From an uncultured Gammaproteobacteria bacterium (GTDB lineage: Bacteria > Patescibacteriota > Microgenomatia > Woykebacterales > RBG-16-39-9b): DNA of 64,000 bases. Made by a program: the position numbers and the translations under genes. Position 1 is the first letter of the stretch, and every line of letters starts with the position of its first letter. The notes under the pieces are model-generated. The model was not told where the DNA came from. It did no database searches and worked only from the letters and a program-made list of their open reading frames with translations. Shown here piece by piece: positions 1 through 11,895 of the stretch. Location: the NCBI GenBank assembly GCA_964367355.1, contig CAYIWY010000001.1, positions 100,340 through 164,339 on the forward strand, read 5' to 3'.

Positions 1-607
1 TATCGTTTTGGTCTTTGGCAACTTTAGAGATTTTCACAACTACACCCTCACCCTCAATAACTTCACCAAAAATTGTATGTTTGTTATTTAAATATTCCGT
101 TGGGGCTACTGTAATAAAGAATTGACTACCATTGGTGTTGGGACCAGAATTAGCCATCGCCAACATCCCAGGTTTTGCAAATGTTAGGTTTTGGTTAAAC
201 TCATCTTCAAATTGATAACCCGGACCGCCGCGTCCTGTACCTTCGGGATCGCCGCCTTGAATCATAAACTGATCGATAACACGGTGAAAAATTAAACCGT
301 TGTAAAAGCCATCTTTAGCCAAGGTTATAAAGTTGCTAACAGTTTTTGGCGTTTTATCTCCGAAAAGTGAAATCGTAAAGTTACCTTGATTGGTGCTAAA
401 CTTAGCCTTCTTTCCGATTAACTCTGACTCTGGTAATATTGCTGGAGACTCTGAATAAGATTTTTTTTCCACCGAATTTTCCTCCTTTGTTTGTTTTTGG
501 TCTGCACTTGAACTATTTTCTTTGCCTTGTTTTCCACTTGTTACTAGGGTGAAGAAGACACCGCCGACTATTAGTAGTGAAACTAGAATAAAAGGTAAGT
601 TTTTCAT
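1..607 (-). CDS. Cyclophilin-type peptidyl-prolyl cis-trans isomerase with N-terminal membrane anchor (3' end outside window)
   Basis: Manual minus-strand translation from ATG at 607: [16 protein letters not shown]...[31 protein letters not shown]...[18 protein letters not shown]...HTIFGEV. Confidence 0.92.
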   Translation of the reverse strand, partial: MKNLPFILVSLLIVGGVFFTLVTSGKQGKENSSSADQKQTKEENSVEKKSYSESPAILPESELIGKKAKFSTNQGNFTISLFGDKTPKTVSNFITLAKDGFYNGLIFHRVIDQFMIQGGDPEGTGRGGPGYQFEDEFNQNLTFAKPGMLAMANSGPNTNGSQFFITVAPTEYLNNKHTIFGEVIEGEGVVVKISKVAKDQND

Positions 608-650
608 AAATCTTCATTTTGGCAGATTTATTGTAAATGGTAAAAAATAA

Positions 651-1010
651 TTATACCAGATTAATTTTATCATCAAGTTTTATTGAAAATTTCTCAATTG
701 AGTGAGTAGGCATTTCCAGAACATATTTTGCTTGCCAAACAATTGGCGAGATTCTGAACGGTTTTAGATAACTAACCAATCTTATTATATGCATATTTTT
801 ATCAAGAAAAACTAAATCCATTGGGAAACGTACAAAGAATGTGTGAACTGAGTTGGTATTTGTTAATAGTAAACCATTGAAGTCTCCAAAACTTTTCCAA
901 CCAATTACTCCAATACCAATACTAATAATATCGTTGGCTTGTTTTATTTTCGTCAAATTGACTTTACTCATGCTAATTAATAATACCAGATTGTTGACAG
1001 TTAGCTTCAA
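651..1010 (-). CDS. DUF192 family protein
   Basis: VHTFFVRFPMDLVFLD...AKYVLEMP motif; start uncertain. Confidence 0.75.
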   Translation of the reverse strand: MKLTVNNLVLLISMSKVNLTKIKQANDIISIGIGVIGWKSFGDFNGLLLTNTNSVHTFFVRFPMDLVFLDKNMHIIRLVSYLKPFRISPIVWQAKYVLEMPTHSIEKFSIKLDDKINLV

Positions 1011-1063
1011 GCTGTATATAATCGGTCAGCTACCAGAATTAGGTAGTTTTTTGAACGTAAATT

Positions 1064-1483
1064 ATGCCTACTATAGCACAACTTATACGCAAGGGGCGTA
1101 AAAAAACATCAAAGAAAGTGAAGGCGACTGCGCTTCGGGCAAGTTTTAATGCCAAAGACCGCCGGCCAGTTTCAACATTCAACCCGCAAAAACGGGGAGT
1201 TTGTGTAGTGGTAAAGACAATGACTCCAAAAAAACCAAACTCTGCTTTACGAAAAGTTGCACGTGTTAGATTATCAAATCGTAAGGAAGTGACAGCCTAT
1301 ATTCCAGGAATTGGCCACGAATTACAAGAGCATTCTATTGTTTTAGTTAGAGGCGGACGTGTCAAAGATTTACCTGGTGTAAAATACCACATTGTTCGTG
1401 GGCATTTTGATGCTTCTGGAGTACAAAATCGTAAACAAGGTCGTAGTAAATACGGAGCTAAAGCAATGAAAGAGAGTAAATAG
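1064..1483 (+). CDS. rpsL: 30S ribosomal protein S12
   Basis: [33 protein letters not shown]. Confidence 0.99.
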   Translation: MPTIAQLIRKGRKKTSKKVKATALRASFNAKDRRPVSTFNPQKRGVCVVVKTMTPKKPNSALRKVARVRLSNRKEVTAYIPGIGHELQEHSIVLVRGGRVKDLPGVKYHIVRGHFDASGVQNRKQGRSKYGAKAMKESK

Positions 1484-1503
1484 ATCGCTTCGCGCTCTGC
1501 GAC
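1481..1503. repeat. Mini-hairpin repeat TAGA-T-CGC-loop-GCG-C-TCTGC (copies also at 6223, 32835, 35071, 35870, 48250)
   Basis: tagatcgcttcgcgctctgcgac; near-identical copies elsewhere with compensatory changes. Confidence 0.75.
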
Positions 1504-1550
1504 TAGGAAGTCTAAATTATTAATGAGATAAATAGTTAGTTTAGGAAATT

Positions 1551-2027
1551 ATGCCAAGAAGTGGACGTATAATTAAAAGAAAAATTGAACCAGACCCAAT
1601 TTACGGAAGTAGATTGCTCACTCGTTTTACAAACCGTTTAATGTTTGATGGTAAAAAAAGCACGGCCTCAAGAGTTATTTATTCTGCACTTGAGATGATT
1701 AAAGAAAAAAACCAAAATCCTCTCGAAGTTTTTGAAAATGCTTTGAAAAACGTATCTCCTAGAATGGAAGTTAAATCCAGGCGTGTTGGCGGAGCCAACT
1801 ACCAGGTTCCAATGGAAGTTCGTGGAGACCGCAAAGAAGCCTTAGCGATTCGTTGGATTATTACTGCTGCCGACAGTCGGCCAAGTACTGAGTACAAAAC
1901 CATGGCTGCTAAACTAGCAGCTGAGTTTATGGATGCAGCCAACAACACTGGTGTTGCAATCAAGAAAAGAGATGATACTCACCGAATGGCGGAAGCGAAT
2001 AAGGCGTTCTCTCATTTTCGCTGGTAG
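1551..2027 (+). CDS. rpsG: 30S ribosomal protein S7
   Basis: [27 protein letters not shown]. Confidence 0.99.
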   Translation: MPRSGRIIKRKIEPDPIYGSRLLTRFTNRLMFDGKKSTASRVIYSALEMIKEKNQNPLEVFENALKNVSPRMEVKSRRVGGANYQVPMEVRGDRKEALAIRWIITAADSRPSTEYKTMAAKLAAEFMDAANNTGVAIKKRDDTHRMAEANKAFSHFRW

Positions 2028-2105
2028 CGAAAACTCGCTGCCGCCTTGCATTTTGGCTGCGCCAAAAAGTAAAGCTTAGCAGACTAACACCAAGGGGGGT
2101 GTTTT

Positions 2106-2354
2106 TTGATGGAAAATAAACAAGCAGAAGAAAAGTTAAAAGATTTTGAAAAACTTGTCGAAGATAAGAAAACAGAATCAGAAAAATCTACTTTTCTGCA
2201 AGGATTGGGGGATAGGAGCAACTTACCTTGGCACCAGCAAGACTGGCCAATCGAGACGATAGCTAGGAAAAGTTTACTAACGGCAATAATTATAATGGTA
2301 GTTGGTTTTATCGTCGTAGCGTTATTGGTCGCAATTTTTAACTGGAAATATTAA
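2106..2354 (+). CDS. Small hypothetical membrane protein inserted between rpsG and fusA
   Basis: 82-aa ORF with charged N-terminus and one C-terminal hydrophobic helix. Confidence 0.7.
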   Translation: MMENKQAEEKLKDFEKLVEDKKTESEKSTFLQGLGDRSNLPWHQQDWPIETIARKSLLTAIIIMVVGFIVVALLVAIFNWKY

Positions 2355-2359
2355 ATTTT

Positions 2360-4480
2360 ATGGCAAAAGAAGTTACGCTTGATAAGATTCGAAATATTGG
2401 AATTATTGCTCATATTGATGCCGGGAAAACCACGGTGACTGAACGTATCCTTTTTTATACTGGAAAAACTTATAAAATTGGTGAAGTTCATGAAGGTGCT
2501 GCGGTTATGGATTGGATGGCACAGGAACGGGAACGTGGTATCACGATTACCTCAGCGGCCACAACAGCCTTTTGGACTACCAATGTCGGTCCAAACAAAG
2601 ATCAAAAACACCGTATTAATATAATTGATACTCCTGGGCACGTCGACTTTACCGCCGAAGTTGAGCGTTCACTAAGAGTTCTCGACGGCGGTGTTGTCGT
2701 TTTTGATGGTAAAATGGGAGTTGAGCCGCAGTCCGAAACTGTTTGGCGTCAAGCCGACAAGTATCACGTCCCACGAGTTTGTTTTGTTAATAAATTAGAT
2801 GCTATTGGCGGTGATTTTTATATGTCGCTCGATTCGATTAAAGAGCGTCTTGGTGCTAACGCTCATCCGATTCAACTTCCAATTGGGGAAGAAAACGGCT
2901 TTAAAGGTTTGGTCGATTTAATCCGCCGCAAAGCTTTAGTCTATACGGAAGACATGACCAAAGATCCAGAGGAAGTTGAAATCCCAGCCGATATGAAGGA
3001 AAAGGTTGAAGAGTATCGTTCAAAACTGGTTGAAGCAGTTGCCGAGCAAAACGACGACCTACTGGAAAAATATCTTGGTGGGCAAGAATTAACCGAAGAG
3101 GAAATTGTCAAAGGTTTACGCGCTGCAACGGTTAATTACAAAATTGTACCAGTCCTTTGCGGATCAGCTTTGAAAAATAAAGGGGTTCAGCCGCTTCTCA
3201 ATGCTGTTGTAGACTATCTTCCCTCACCGCAGGAATTACCGGCAGTTAAGGGAGAAAATCCTAAAACTGGAGCAGAAGAAGAAAGAAATACTGATGATAA
3301 TGAACCGTTTTCGGCCTTTGCTTTTAAAGTTATGACCGATCCGTTTGTGGGACGATTAACATATTTCCGAGTTTACTCTGGAAGTATTACTGCCGGTTCT
3401 TACGTCTATAATTCAACTAAGAATTCAAAAGAGCGTTTAGGTCGTATTCTTTTAATGCATGCCAATAACCGCGAAGATATTACCGAAATCAATGCTGGAG
3501 AAATTGGGGCAGCCGTTGGTTTGAAAGATACTTTCACTGGAGATACTCTTTGCGACGAAGCAAAACCAATTGTTTTGGAAAAAATTACTTTTCCCGAACC
3601 GGTTATTTCACTAGCAATTGAGCCAAAGACAAAGTCCGATCAAGAGAAAATGGGTATCGCCCTGTCAAAACTTTCTGAAGAGGATCCAACCTTTACTGTC
3701 AAAACTAACCAGGAAACAGCGCAGGCAATCATTTCTGGAATGGGTGAACTACATTTGGATATTATTGTTGATCGAATGAAGCGAGAATTTAATGTCGAAG
3801 CCAATGTCGGGCGTCCGCAGGTTGCCTATAAAGAAACGATCCATAAAATTGCCCAGGGTGAAGGTAAGTATATTAGGCAATCTGGAGGTCGAGGTCAGTA
3901 CGGCCATTGTTTAATTCGAGTGGAGCCTAAAGCACGCGGTGAGGGCTACGAATTTGTTTCTGAGATTGTTGGTGGAACAATTCCAAGAGAATTTATCAAC
4001 CCGATTGAAAAAGGGGTTAAGGAAGCCATGGACACCGGTGTCTTAGCTGGTTACCCAATGGTTGATATGAAGGTTGCAGTTTATGATGGTAGTTACCATG
4101 AGGTTGACTCGAGCGAATTTTCTTTCAAAATTGCAGGGAGTATGGCTTTGAAAGATGCTACCAGAAGGGCCGATCCGGTTATACTTGAGCCAATCATGAA
4201 AATCGAAGTCGTAACCCCGGAAGACTTCTTGGGAGATGTTATCGGGGATTTATCAAGTAAACGAGCGCAAATCGAAGGTAATGAACCGCGCGGAAATGTA
4301 CGGGTTGTGAAGGCTCAAGTACCACTTGCGGAAATGTTTGGTTATGTCACTACACTTCGAAGCATGACTCAAGGTCGGGCAAGTTCTAATATGGAACCGT
4401 CGCACTATCAAGAGGCACCGACTAGTGTTGCAAATGCAATAATAGCTAAAAATACCAAAGGCGAAAACAGCTCTGGTTAA
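2360..4480 (+). CDS. fusA: Elongation factor G
   Basis: [37 protein letters not shown]. Confidence 0.99.
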   Translation: MAKEVTLDKIRNIGIIAHIDAGKTTVTERILFYTGKTYKIGEVHEGAAVMDWMAQERERGITITSAATTAFWTTNVGPNKDQKHRINIIDTPGHVDFTAEVERSLRVLDGGVVVFDGKMGVEPQSETVWRQADKYHVPRVCFVNKLDAIGGDFYMSLDSIKERLGANAHPIQLPIGEENGFKGLVDLIRRKALVYTEDMTKDPEEVEIPADMKEKVEEYRSKLVEAVAEQNDDLLEKYLGGQELTEEEIVKGLRAATVNYKIVPVLCGSALKNKGVQPLLNAVVDYLPSPQELPAVKGENPKTGAEEERNTDDNEPFSAFAFKVMTDPFVGRLTYFRVYSGSITAGSYVYNSTKNSKERLGRILLMHANNREDITEINAGEIGAAVGLKDTFTGDTLCDEAKPIVLEKITFPEPVISLAIEPKTKSDQEKMGIALSKLSEEDPTFTVKTNQETAQAIISGMGELHLDIIVDRMKREFNVEANVGRPQVAYKETIHKIAQGEGKYIRQSGGRGQYGHCLIRVEPKARGEGYEFVSEIVGGTIPREFINPIEKGVKEAMDTGVLAGYPMVDMKVAVYDGSYHEVDSSEFSFKIAGSMALKDATRRADPVILEPIMKIEVVTPEDFLGDVIGDLSSKRAQIEGNEPRGNVRVVKAQVPLAEMFGYVTTLRSMTQGRASSNMEPSHYQEAPTSVANAIIAKNTKGENSSG

Positions 4481-4633
4481 ACAAAGCTGGTTAATTGTTG
4501 ACTTGATCTGGTAAAATGTCTTCGGTTAATTACTTGTTGCTACTAGCAACATAACAGTTGTTGTGATAGAATAGCTTCGTCCTGAAGCTAGGTCAGTTAT
4601 TAAAATTATTAAAATTGTCAGGAGGAATTTTAC

Positions 4634-5824
4634 ATGGCAGAATCAAAGAAATTTGAAAGAACCAAGCCGCACGTTAATGTTGGAACTATTGGGCATGTTG
4701 ATCACGGTAAGACCACATTGACCGCTGCAATTACTAAAGTATTGGCCGACAAAGGTATGGCTGATTTTCGTGCCTTTGATAGTATTGACAACGCTCCAGA
4801 AGAGCGCCAGCGTGGTATTACGATTGCTTTAGCTCATGTTGAGTACGAAACTGAAAAAAGACATTACGCCCACATTGATGCTCCGGGACACGCTGATTAT
4901 GTTAAGAACATGATTACCGGTGCTGCTCAAATGGATGGAGCAATTCTCGTTGTATCTGCAGCTGATGGTCCGATGCCACAAACCAGGGAACACATCTTGC
5001 TTGCTAAACAAGTTGGAGTTCCAGCAATTGTTGTTTTCATGAACAAGTGTGACACGGTTGATGACAAAGATCTTTTGGACCTTGTTGAAGAAGAAATTCG
5101 AGAGCTTTTGACAAAATATGAATACCCTGGAAAAGATGTACCTGTAATTCGTGGTTCAGCCCTAAAAGCACTTGAAGGTGACGCTGAAGCAGTCAAAGGA
5201 ATTGAAGAGTTAATGAGTAAAGTTGATGACTACATTCCTACTCCAGTACGAGAACTTGATAAGCCTTTCTTGATGCCAGTTGAAGATGTTTTCTCAATCA
5301 AAGGACGAGGAACTGTTGTCACGGGAAGAATTGAACGTGGTAAGGTGAAAGTAAACGAAACAGTTGAAATCGTTGGAATTAGACCAAAAAGCACAAACAC
5401 AGTTGTTACTGGAGTGGAAATGTTCCGCAAACTTCTTGATGAAGGCCAAGCCGGCGACAATGTTGGTTTACTACTTCGTGGTATTGAAAAAGACGATGTT
5501 GAACGCGGTCAAGTAGTTGCAGCACCAAACTCAATCAAACCACATACCGAATTTGAAGCTGAAGTTTATGTTTTGACTAAAGAAGAAGGTGGACGTCACA
5601 CCCCATTCTTTTCTGGTTACCGACCACAGTTTTATCTTCGAACAACCGATGTAACTGGTGAAACTACACTAGCTGAAGGAACAGAGATGGTGATGCCTGG
5701 TGATAACACTAAAATGAAAGTCAAACTTATTGGACCGATTGCTCTTGAAGAAGGTTTAAGGTTTGCTATCCGAGAAGGCGGTCACACTGTCGGAGCTGGA
5801 GTTATTACAAAGATTATTGCTTAA
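4634..5824 (+). CDS. tuf: Elongation factor Tu
   Basis: [26 protein letters not shown]; AGGAGG RBS upstream. Confidence 0.99.
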   Translation: MAESKKFERTKPHVNVGTIGHVDHGKTTLTAAITKVLADKGMADFRAFDSIDNAPEERQRGITIALAHVEYETEKRHYAHIDAPGHADYVKNMITGAAQMDGAILVVSAADGPMPQTREHILLAKQVGVPAIVVFMNKCDTVDDKDLLDLVEEEIRELLTKYEYPGKDVPVIRGSALKALEGDAEAVKGIEELMSKVDDYIPTPVRELDKPFLMPVEDVFSIKGRGTVVTGRIERGKVKVNETVEIVGIRPKSTNTVVTGVEMFRKLLDEGQAGDNVGLLLRGIEKDDVERGQVVAAPNSIKPHTEFEAEVYVLTKEEGGRHTPFFSGYRPQFYLRTTDVTGETTLAEGTEMVMPGDNTKMKVKLIGPIALEEGLRFAIREGGHTVGAGVITKIIA

Positions 5825-5850
5825 GAAAAGAGTAAGACCAACAAAATTTT

Positions 5851-6159
5851 ATGGCAAAGGGTCGTATTAGAGTACGTTTAAAGTCATATGATAGCCGAGT
5901 CATCGATGACTCTGCAGAAGAGATTTTGGATACCGCTATCCGCACTGGTGCAAAGGTAGCAGGTCCTGTTCCTCTACCAACCGACAAAGAGCGGTTTACG
6001 GTAACCACTTCTCCCCACGTAGATAAAGATGCTCGTGAGCAGTTCGAAATTCGAACTCACAAGCGGCTTATTGATATTATCGAGCCAACACCAAAAACCC
6101 TTGATGCACTTATGCATCTTGAACTACCAGCCGGTGTCGATATTGAGATAAAGATGTAA
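5851..6159 (+). CDS. rpsJ: 30S ribosomal protein S10
   Basis: [22 protein letters not shown]. Confidence 0.99.
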   Translation: MAKGRIRVRLKSYDSRVIDDSAEEILDTAIRTGAKVAGPVPLPTDKERFTVTTSPHVDKDAREQFEIRTHKRLIDIIEPTPKTLDALMHLELPAGVDIEIKM

Positions 6160-6183
6160 CCGTCAAAAACGGTTTTTCTTTTA

Positions 6184-6213
6184 GAAAAAGCCTAAAAAAG
6201 GCTTTTTTCTTTT
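6184..6213 (+). terminator. Intrinsic terminator-like hairpin after rpsJ
   Basis: gaaaaagcct-aaaa-aaggcttttttctttt. Confidence 0.55.
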
Positions 6214-6262
6214 CGGGAAAATATGTAGATCTCTAAAGAGCTCTGCATTTAGTAAGAACAAA

Positions 6263-7042
6263 ATGTTGAAAGCATTGATTGGGAAAAAACTAAATATGTC
6301 ACAGATGTTCGACTCGCATGGTCGGGTAACTCCAGTGACAAAAATAAAGTTTGAGCCAAATGTTATCGTAGCCTTAAAAGAGAAAGAAACCGATGGTTAC
6401 AAAGCAGTACAGATTGGTTCTGGGAATTCTAGGAAAGTGACAAAGTCTTTACAAGGACACTTTGATAAGGCCAAATTAGTTAACAAACCTAGAATATTGA
6501 AAGAAGTTAGTTTTGATGGTGAATTGAAACTTGGTCAGGAAGTAATAATCGAGGAGGTTTTTCATAAAGGCGCTTTGGTTGATGTTGTCGGTAAATCTAA
6601 GGGTAAAGGATTTGCTGGTGTAGTAAAAAGACATGGTTTTCATGGAGGTCCAAAGACCCATGGTCAGTCCGATCGTCATCGTGCTCCAGGGTCAATCGGT
6701 TCGGGAACTACTCCCGGACGTGTTATGAAGGGTTTAAAAATGCCTGGTCATATGGGAGACGAGCGAGTAAGCATTTTCGGATTAGAAGTAATGCAAGTTG
6801 ACAAAGATGAGAACATTTTGGTTGTAAAAGGTTCAGTCCCTGGTCCAACTGGTGCTGTTGTTTTAGTGAAAAAATCAAAGAAGAAGAAAGCAGACTATCA
6901 CGAACCAGAAATTCCAGCCATGCCTACTATTGGTGGGAGTACAGAAGAGGAAAAACCAGCTGAAAACCAGGAAATTTCTACTGAAAATAAAGCTGTAGAG
7001 GTAAAAGTGGAAGAAACAAATACTGAAAAGATTAAGGAATAA
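6263..7042 (+). CDS. rplC: 50S ribosomal protein L3 (acidic C-terminal extension)
   Basis: SKGKGFAGVVKRH, HRAPGSIG, KGSVPG. Confidence 0.99.
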   Translation: MLKALIGKKLNMSQMFDSHGRVTPVTKIKFEPNVIVALKEKETDGYKAVQIGSGNSRKVTKSLQGHFDKAKLVNKPRILKEVSFDGELKLGQEVIIEEVFHKGALVDVVGKSKGKGFAGVVKRHGFHGGPKTHGQSDRHRAPGSIGSGTTPGRVMKGLKMPGHMGDERVSIFGLEVMQVDKDENILVVKGSVPGPTGAVVLVKKSKKKKADYHEPEIPAMPTIGGSTEEEKPAENQEISTENKAVEVKVEETNTEKIKE

Positions 7043-7054
7043 ATTAATATAATC

Positions 7055-7096
7055 TAGAACTTATATCTCGCTAAAGCGTGATATTTTGAAGACAAA
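7055..7096. repeat. Intergenic hairpin repeat ATAT(C/G)-Y-CGCTAAAGCG-T-(G/C)ATAT..GAAGAC (copies at 10711 and 11861, variant at 18463)
   Basis: tagaacttatatctcgctaaagcgtgatattttgaagacaaaatg vs tagaattatatgccgctaaagcgtcatattttagaagactaaaatg. Confidence 0.8.
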
Positions 7097-7816
7097 ATGG
7101 AAAAAAAGATTACAGCAGTAAAAAAGAAAATAACAAAAGAAGCAAAACCAAATGAAGGTAAAGAAGTTGTCAAGAAAAAAACTCCCTTTTCAGTTGAGGT
7201 TTTTGATATCTTCGGAAAAAGTGTTGATCAAATTGAACTCTCACGAGAGGTCTTTGGAGTTAAACCAAACAAAGACTTGATTGCCCAGGCAGTTAGAGTT
7301 TTTTTAGCTAACCAAAGAGAAGGTAATGCAGATACAAAAGTACGTGGAGAAGTTCGAGGAGGCGGTCGCAAACCGTGGAAACAAAAAGGTACTGGTAGAG
7401 CTAGAATTGGATCCACGCGTGCCCCACATTGGCGAGGCGGAGGAGTTACTTTTGGACCAACACCAAGAGATTTCTCATTAAGTTTACCTAAAAAAATGAA
7501 AAAAGCAGCTTTAATTTCTGCTTTGTCGGCAAAGTTTAGTGATAAAGCCATAGTAGTGTTAAAAGACCTTAAATTTAAAGAAGCAAAAACAAAGGAAGCA
7601 GTAGCGATGTTAAAGAATTTAAATATTAAAGAAAAAAACATGATTGTGGCAACAAGTTTTGATAATACCGAAAAACGAGCTTTGGCAAACTTAACCAAAA
7701 CAAAAATACAAAGAGCCAGTGATCTAAATGTTTACGAGGTACTTAATAATAAAAAGATGTTAATAACAAAAGAGGCCGTTGGAAAAATTGAAGAAATCTT
7801 AAAAGGCAAGGAATAG
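7097..7816 (+). CDS. rplD: 50S ribosomal protein L4
   Basis: GGGRKPWKQKGTGRARIGS. Confidence 0.99.
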   Translation: MEKKITAVKKKITKEAKPNEGKEVVKKKTPFSVEVFDIFGKSVDQIELSREVFGVKPNKDLIAQAVRVFLANQREGNADTKVRGEVRGGGRKPWKQKGTGRARIGSTRAPHWRGGGVTFGPTPRDFSLSLPKKMKKAALISALSAKFSDKAIVVLKDLKFKEAKTKEAVAMLKNLNIKEKNMIVATSFDNTEKRALANLTKTKIQRASDLNVYEVLNNKKMLITKEAVGKIEEILKGKE

Positions 7817-7818
7817 TT

Positions 7819-8112
7819 ATGGATGTGAGCAAAGTAATTGTTAAACCAGTCTTAACGGAAAAATCCTTAAAAGATGCTTCTCGTGGCGAGTATACATTTG
7901 TCGTTGACAAAGATTCTTCAAAAAGCCAGATCTTAAGGGCAGTAAAAGAATTATTTAAGGTTGATGTGCTATCAGTTAGTACAAGAACAACCAAAGGTAA
8001 ATCTAAAAGAGTTTTTAGAACTAGAGTTAGAACTACTTTGGGACCGATCAAAAAAGCAACCGTAAAAATTGGTAAGGATCAGAAGATAGATATATTTGAG
8101 GTAAAAAGCTAA
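7819..8112 (+). CDS. rplW: 50S ribosomal protein L23
   Basis: PVLTEKS, YTFVVD, KKATV; synteny. Confidence 0.97.
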   Translation: MDVSKVIVKPVLTEKSLKDASRGEYTFVVDKDSSKSQILRAVKELFKVDVLSVSTRTTKGKSKRVFRTRVRTTLGPIKKATVKIGKDQKIDIFEVKS

Positions 8113-8936
8113 TGGCTATTCAAAGAATTGGTGGGAATACCCCATCGAATCGTTTTGCAACGAGGGTAAAAGAAAATATTTCAAAAAAGCGGCCGGAGAA
8201 ACGGTTAACTTCAGCTTTACCAAAAACCGGTGGTCGTGACGCATCTGGTCAGGTTAGTGTGCGTCAAATTGGCGGTCGTCACAAAAGACTTTATCGCGAG
8301 ATTGATTTTAAAAGAAATAAGTTTGATGTAGCCGGTAAGGTTGTTTCGGTCGAATATGATCCAAACAGAACCTGTTTTATTGCCCAAGTTAATTATATAG
8401 ACGGTGAAAAGAGATATATTCTTGCTCCGTTGGGTCTCGAAATTGGAGTGGAGGTTGTTTCTGGAGAAAAAGTTGAGATCAGGATGGGAAATGCCATGCC
8501 TTTGAAGAACATTCCTGTTGGGACGGTTATTCACAATGTCGAGCTTATTCCAGGGAGAGGAGGAGCGATCGTTCGTTCCGCTGGGGCAAGTGCAACGTTG
8601 ATGGCAAAAGAAGGTGGTTTTGCACACTTGCGTTTACCTTCAACTGAGGTAAGAAAAGTTAGTGTTAATTGTATGGCGACAATTGGAAGTTTAGGAAACC
8701 TTGATTGGAAAAACATAACTCTTGGAAAAGCTGGACGAAGTCGCAGAATGGGTATTCGCCCGACTGTTCGAGGAGTCGCCCAAAACCCAAGTAGCCACCC
8801 ACACGGTGGAGGAGAAGGCCGTTCCGGTATCGGAATGAGTTCTCCTAAAAGTCGCTGGGGTAAGAAAACATTGGGAAAGAAAACAAGGAATAAGAGAAAA
8901 AGTAATAAATTAATTGTCCAAGGAAGGAAACGATAG
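8112..8936 (+). CDS. rplB: 50S ribosomal protein L2
   Basis: [27 protein letters not shown]. Confidence 0.99.
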   Translation: MAIQRIGGNTPSNRFATRVKENISKKRPEKRLTSALPKTGGRDASGQVSVRQIGGRHKRLYREIDFKRNKFDVAGKVVSVEYDPNRTCFIAQVNYIDGEKRYILAPLGLEIGVEVVSGEKVEIRMGNAMPLKNIPVGTVIHNVELIPGRGGAIVRSAGASATLMAKEGGFAHLRLPSTEVRKVSVNCMATIGSLGNLDWKNITLGKAGRSRRMGIRPTVRGVAQNPSSHPHGGGEGRSGIGMSSPKSRWGKKTLGKKTRNKRKSNKLIVQGRKR

Positions 8937-8937
8937 A

Positions 8938-9222
8938 ATGTCTAGATCGCTAAAAAAAGGTCCTTATGTGGACGCGAAACTTTTGAAAAAAGTGAAAAAA
9001 GCAAAAGAAGAGAACTCAAGAACTGCAATTAAGACTTGGGCTCGTTCTTCCCAAATCTCGCCAGACATGGTTGGTTTGAATTTCTCAGTGCATAACGGCA
9101 AGAATTTTATCAATGTTTTTGTAACTGAACCGATGGTTGGGCATAGACTTGGAGAGTTTTCTCCGACTCGTAATTTCAGAAGCCACGGTAGAATTACTGA
9201 CAGAACTGTAACGCCAACCTAA
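8938..9222 (+). CDS. rpsS: 30S ribosomal protein S19
   Basis: [24 protein letters not shown]. Confidence 0.99.
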   Translation: MSRSLKKGPYVDAKLLKKVKKAKEENSRTAIKTWARSSQISPDMVGLNFSVHNGKNFINVFVTEPMVGHRLGEFSPTRNFRSHGRITDRTVTPT

Positions 9223-9232
9223 GGAGTAAACT

Positions 9233-9571
9233 ATGAGCGAAATAATTGCTGAAGCAAAAAATGTTAGGATCTCGGCCAGAAAAGCCCGTTTGGTTGGGGA
9301 AACCTTATCAGGTAAAAACGCCTTATCTACACTCGAGACTTTAAAGTACGAACCTAGAAAAGCTGGACTTATGATAGCTAAAGTATTAAAATCAGCAATC
9401 GCGAACGCAACTAACAATAATAAGCTTACAGATAAGAAATTGGTTATTAAACAAGTAATCATAAACGAAGGCCAGGATTTAAAAAGAGCAAGACCAAGAA
9501 GTCGAGGTATGTCACATCCTATTCTTAAAAAGAGCAGCCATATAAGAGTAATTTTAGAAGAGTCAAAATAA
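9233..9571 (+). CDS. rplV: 50S ribosomal protein L22
   Basis: RISARKARLV, SAIANA, KKSSHI. Confidence 0.98.
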   Translation: MSEIIAEAKNVRISARKARLVGETLSGKNALSTLETLKYEPRKAGLMIAKVLKSAIANATNNNKLTDKKLVIKQVIINEGQDLKRARPRSRGMSHPILKKSSHIRVILEESK

Positions 9572-9619
9572 TATGAAGAAATATTTAGTAATAAGTAAAA
9601 AGAAAGGTTTTTGTTAATA

Positions 9620-10258
9620 ATGGGACAGAAAGTTAATCCAATAGCCTTTCGGCTTTCGTTAAATAAAGATTGGTCAAGCAAATGGTTTGCTGAAAAAGGT
9701 CGTTATAAAGAACTTTTGGCGATGGATATTAAAATTCGGGAGTTTGTTATGAACAAGCTAAAACCTGCTGGTGTTAGTCGATTGGTAATTGAGCGATCAA
9801 TAAATAAAATTAACGTTATTATCCATGTTTCCAGACCAGGTATGGTTATTGGAAGATCTGGAGCTGGAATTGAGGAAATAAGAAAAGAGCTAGAAAAAAT
9901 GGTTGGTCAAAAAATTTCTGTTAACGTTGAAGAAATCAAAAGACCGGATTTAAATGCTTATCTTGTAGCTCGAGGAATTGCCGACCAAATTGAAAGACGA
10001 ATGCCAGTAAAGAGACTTATGATTCAGTCGTGTGATCGAGTAATGCGTTCAGGGGCACGCGGTGTAAAGATTATTTGTTCCGGAAGATTAGGCGGGTCCG
10101 AAATAGCCCGATATGAAAAACGATCTACTGGAAGTATTCCGCTGCATACTCTGAGAGCTGATATTGATTACGCAGCAGTTCCAGCAAAAACTTTGACAGC
10201 CGGTATTACCGGTGTAAAGGTTTGGATTTACAAGCCAGCAGAAAAGGAAGGTAATTAA
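9620..10258 (+). CDS. rpsC: 30S ribosomal protein S3
   Basis: [33 protein letters not shown]. Confidence 0.99.
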   Translation: MGQKVNPIAFRLSLNKDWSSKWFAEKGRYKELLAMDIKIREFVMNKLKPAGVSRLVIERSINKINVIIHVSRPGMVIGRSGAGIEEIRKELEKMVGQKISVNVEEIKRPDLNAYLVARGIADQIERRMPVKRLMIQSCDRVMRSGARGVKIICSGRLGGSEIARYEKRSTGSIPLHTLRADIDYAAVPAKTLTAGITGVKVWIYKPAEKEGN

Positions 10259-10299
10259 AGGAATATGGCGGTCGCTTCGCGAGCCGCATAATAAGAATT

Positions 10300-10713
10300 A
10301 TGTTGCAACCTAAACGAGTAAAATTTCGTAGGCAGTTTCGGGGCTCTAGAGATGGGGTTGCTACTCGTGGTGCTAATATCGAGTTCGGAGATTTTGGATT
10401 AAAGACAATGGAATCTGGTTGGGTTACGGCTCGTCAAATCGAAGCGGCCCGTCGAGCAATGACACATCACACAAAACGTGGTGGGCGTATTTGGATTAGA
10501 ATTTTTCCTGATAAACCAGTAACCAGAAAACCACTGGAAACACGAATGGGATCTGGAAAAGGTGCAGTTGACCATTATGTTGCCGTCGTAAAACCAGGGA
10601 CTATTTTGTTTGAAATGGGTGGTATCGAGAAAAGCGTTGCTCAAGAGGCAATGCGTTTGGCAGGAAGAAAAATTGCTCTTAATTTAAGATTTATTGATAA
10701 AAACGAAATTTAG
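10300..10713 (+). CDS. rplP: 50S ribosomal protein L16
   Basis: [18 protein letters not shown]. Confidence 0.99.
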   Translation: MLQPKRVKFRRQFRGSRDGVATRGANIEFGDFGLKTMESGWVTARQIEAARRAMTHHTKRGGRIWIRIFPDKPVTRKPLETRMGSGKGAVDHYVAVVKPGTILFEMGGIEKSVAQEAMRLAGRKIALNLRFIDKNEI

Positions 10714-10753
10714 AATTATATGCCGCTAAAGCGTCATATTTTAGAAGACTAAA

Positions 10754-10954
10754 ATGAAGAAAATAGATTTACAAGGAAAAAATATTGAAGAACTAAGAAA
10801 AGATCTCAAAGACGAGCAGAAAGCTTTATTTGATCTTAAGATTGAAAACGCTTTGGGGAAATTGAAAAACGGTAAAAGTATTGGTTTTAACAAAAGACAA
10901 ATAGCTAGGCTAAAAACCGAAATTACAAACAAGGAGTTAATTAATGCGAGGTAA
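10754..10954 (+). CDS. rpmC: 50S ribosomal protein L29
   Basis: KRQIARLKT; synteny. Confidence 0.95.
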   Translation: MKKIDLQGKNIEELRKDLKDEQKALFDLKIENALGKLKNGKSIGFNKRQIARLKTEITNKELINAR

Positions 10955-11177
10955 AGTGGTTAGTACAAAAATGAATAAAACAGTAATTGTAGAAGTGGAA
11001 CGATTAGTTGTTCACCCGATCTACAAAAAAAGAGTTAAAAAAACCAATCGTTTCGCCGCACACAACGAGGTTTTAGTTAAAGTTGGTGATACTGTTGAAA
11101 TTGCAGAGACTAAGCCATATTCAAAAACTAAGAAGCATAAAGTTGTGGCGGTAATTGATACAAGGAACAAAAAATGA
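10944..11177 (+). CDS. rpsQ: 30S ribosomal protein S17
   Basis: GKVVSTKMNKTV, HPIYKKRV, PYSKTK. Confidence 0.98.
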   Translation: MRGKVVSTKMNKTVIVEVERLVVHPIYKKRVKKTNRFAAHNEVLVKVGDTVEIAETKPYSKTKKHKVVAVIDTRNKK

Positions 11178-11542
11178 TTCAAAATAGAGCAATGATAAAT
11201 GTAGCAGATAATAGTGGTGCAAAAATCTTACAGATGATAGGGCAACCAGGTCGAAGTCGTCAAAGGTGGGCAATTTTAGGTGAAGTGGTAACTTGTGTTG
11301 TCAAAAAAGCCGATCCAAATGGGACAGTGAAAGACGCTGAAATTGTAAAAGCAGTTTTGGTGAGAACCAGAAAAGAGAATAGACGAGTCGATGGCTCTTA
11401 TGTACGTTTTGATGATAATGCTGCCGTTATAATCGATAAAGATGGTAATCCAAAAGGAACACGTATTTTTGGACCAATTGCCAGGGAAATTCGAGACCGA
11501 GGTTTCTTAAAGATTGTTTCTTTAGCTCCGGAGGTAGTCTAA
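11174..11542 (+). CDS. rplN: 50S ribosomal protein L14
   Basis: [23 protein letters not shown]. Confidence 0.99.
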   Translation: MIQNRAMINVADNSGAKILQMIGQPGRSRQRWAILGEVVTCVVKKADPNGTVKDAEIVKAVLVRTRKENRRVDGSYVRFDDNAAVIIDKDGNPKGTRIFGPIAREIRDRGFLKIVSLAPEVV

Positions 11543-11544
11543 AA

Positions 11545-11850
11545 ATGAAGCTTAAAATTGGTGATGAAGTCTTGGTTGTTTCCGGACGCGAAAAAGGAAA
11601 AAAAGGAAAAATCGAGAAAATAATACCAGATCTAAACAAGGTTGTGGTTACGGGAATAAATCTTTACAAAAAAAATAAGAAAGCCTCAGGTAGTAATCAA
11701 AAGGCAGGAATTATTGACATTATTAAACCTCTTCCTGTAGCAAACGTAATGTTTCTTTGCCCAAAGTGCAAACTGTCAGCCCGACTTGGGTTTACGGTTA
11801 AAAATAACGAAAAAAGTAGAGTTTGTAAGAAATGTGATCAGATAGTTTAG
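11545..11850 (+). CDS. rplX: 50S ribosomal protein L24
   Basis: KIGDEVLVVSGREKGKKG; CPKC/CKKC zinc motif. Confidence 0.98.
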   Translation: MKLKIGDEVLVVSGREKGKKGKIEKIIPDLNKVVVTGINLYKKNKKASGSNQKAGIIDIIKPLPVANVMFLCPKCKLSARLGFTVKNNEKSRVCKKCDQIV

Positions 11851-11895
11851 AGCGGAATAAAATATCCCGCTAAAGCGTGATATAAATAATAATTT

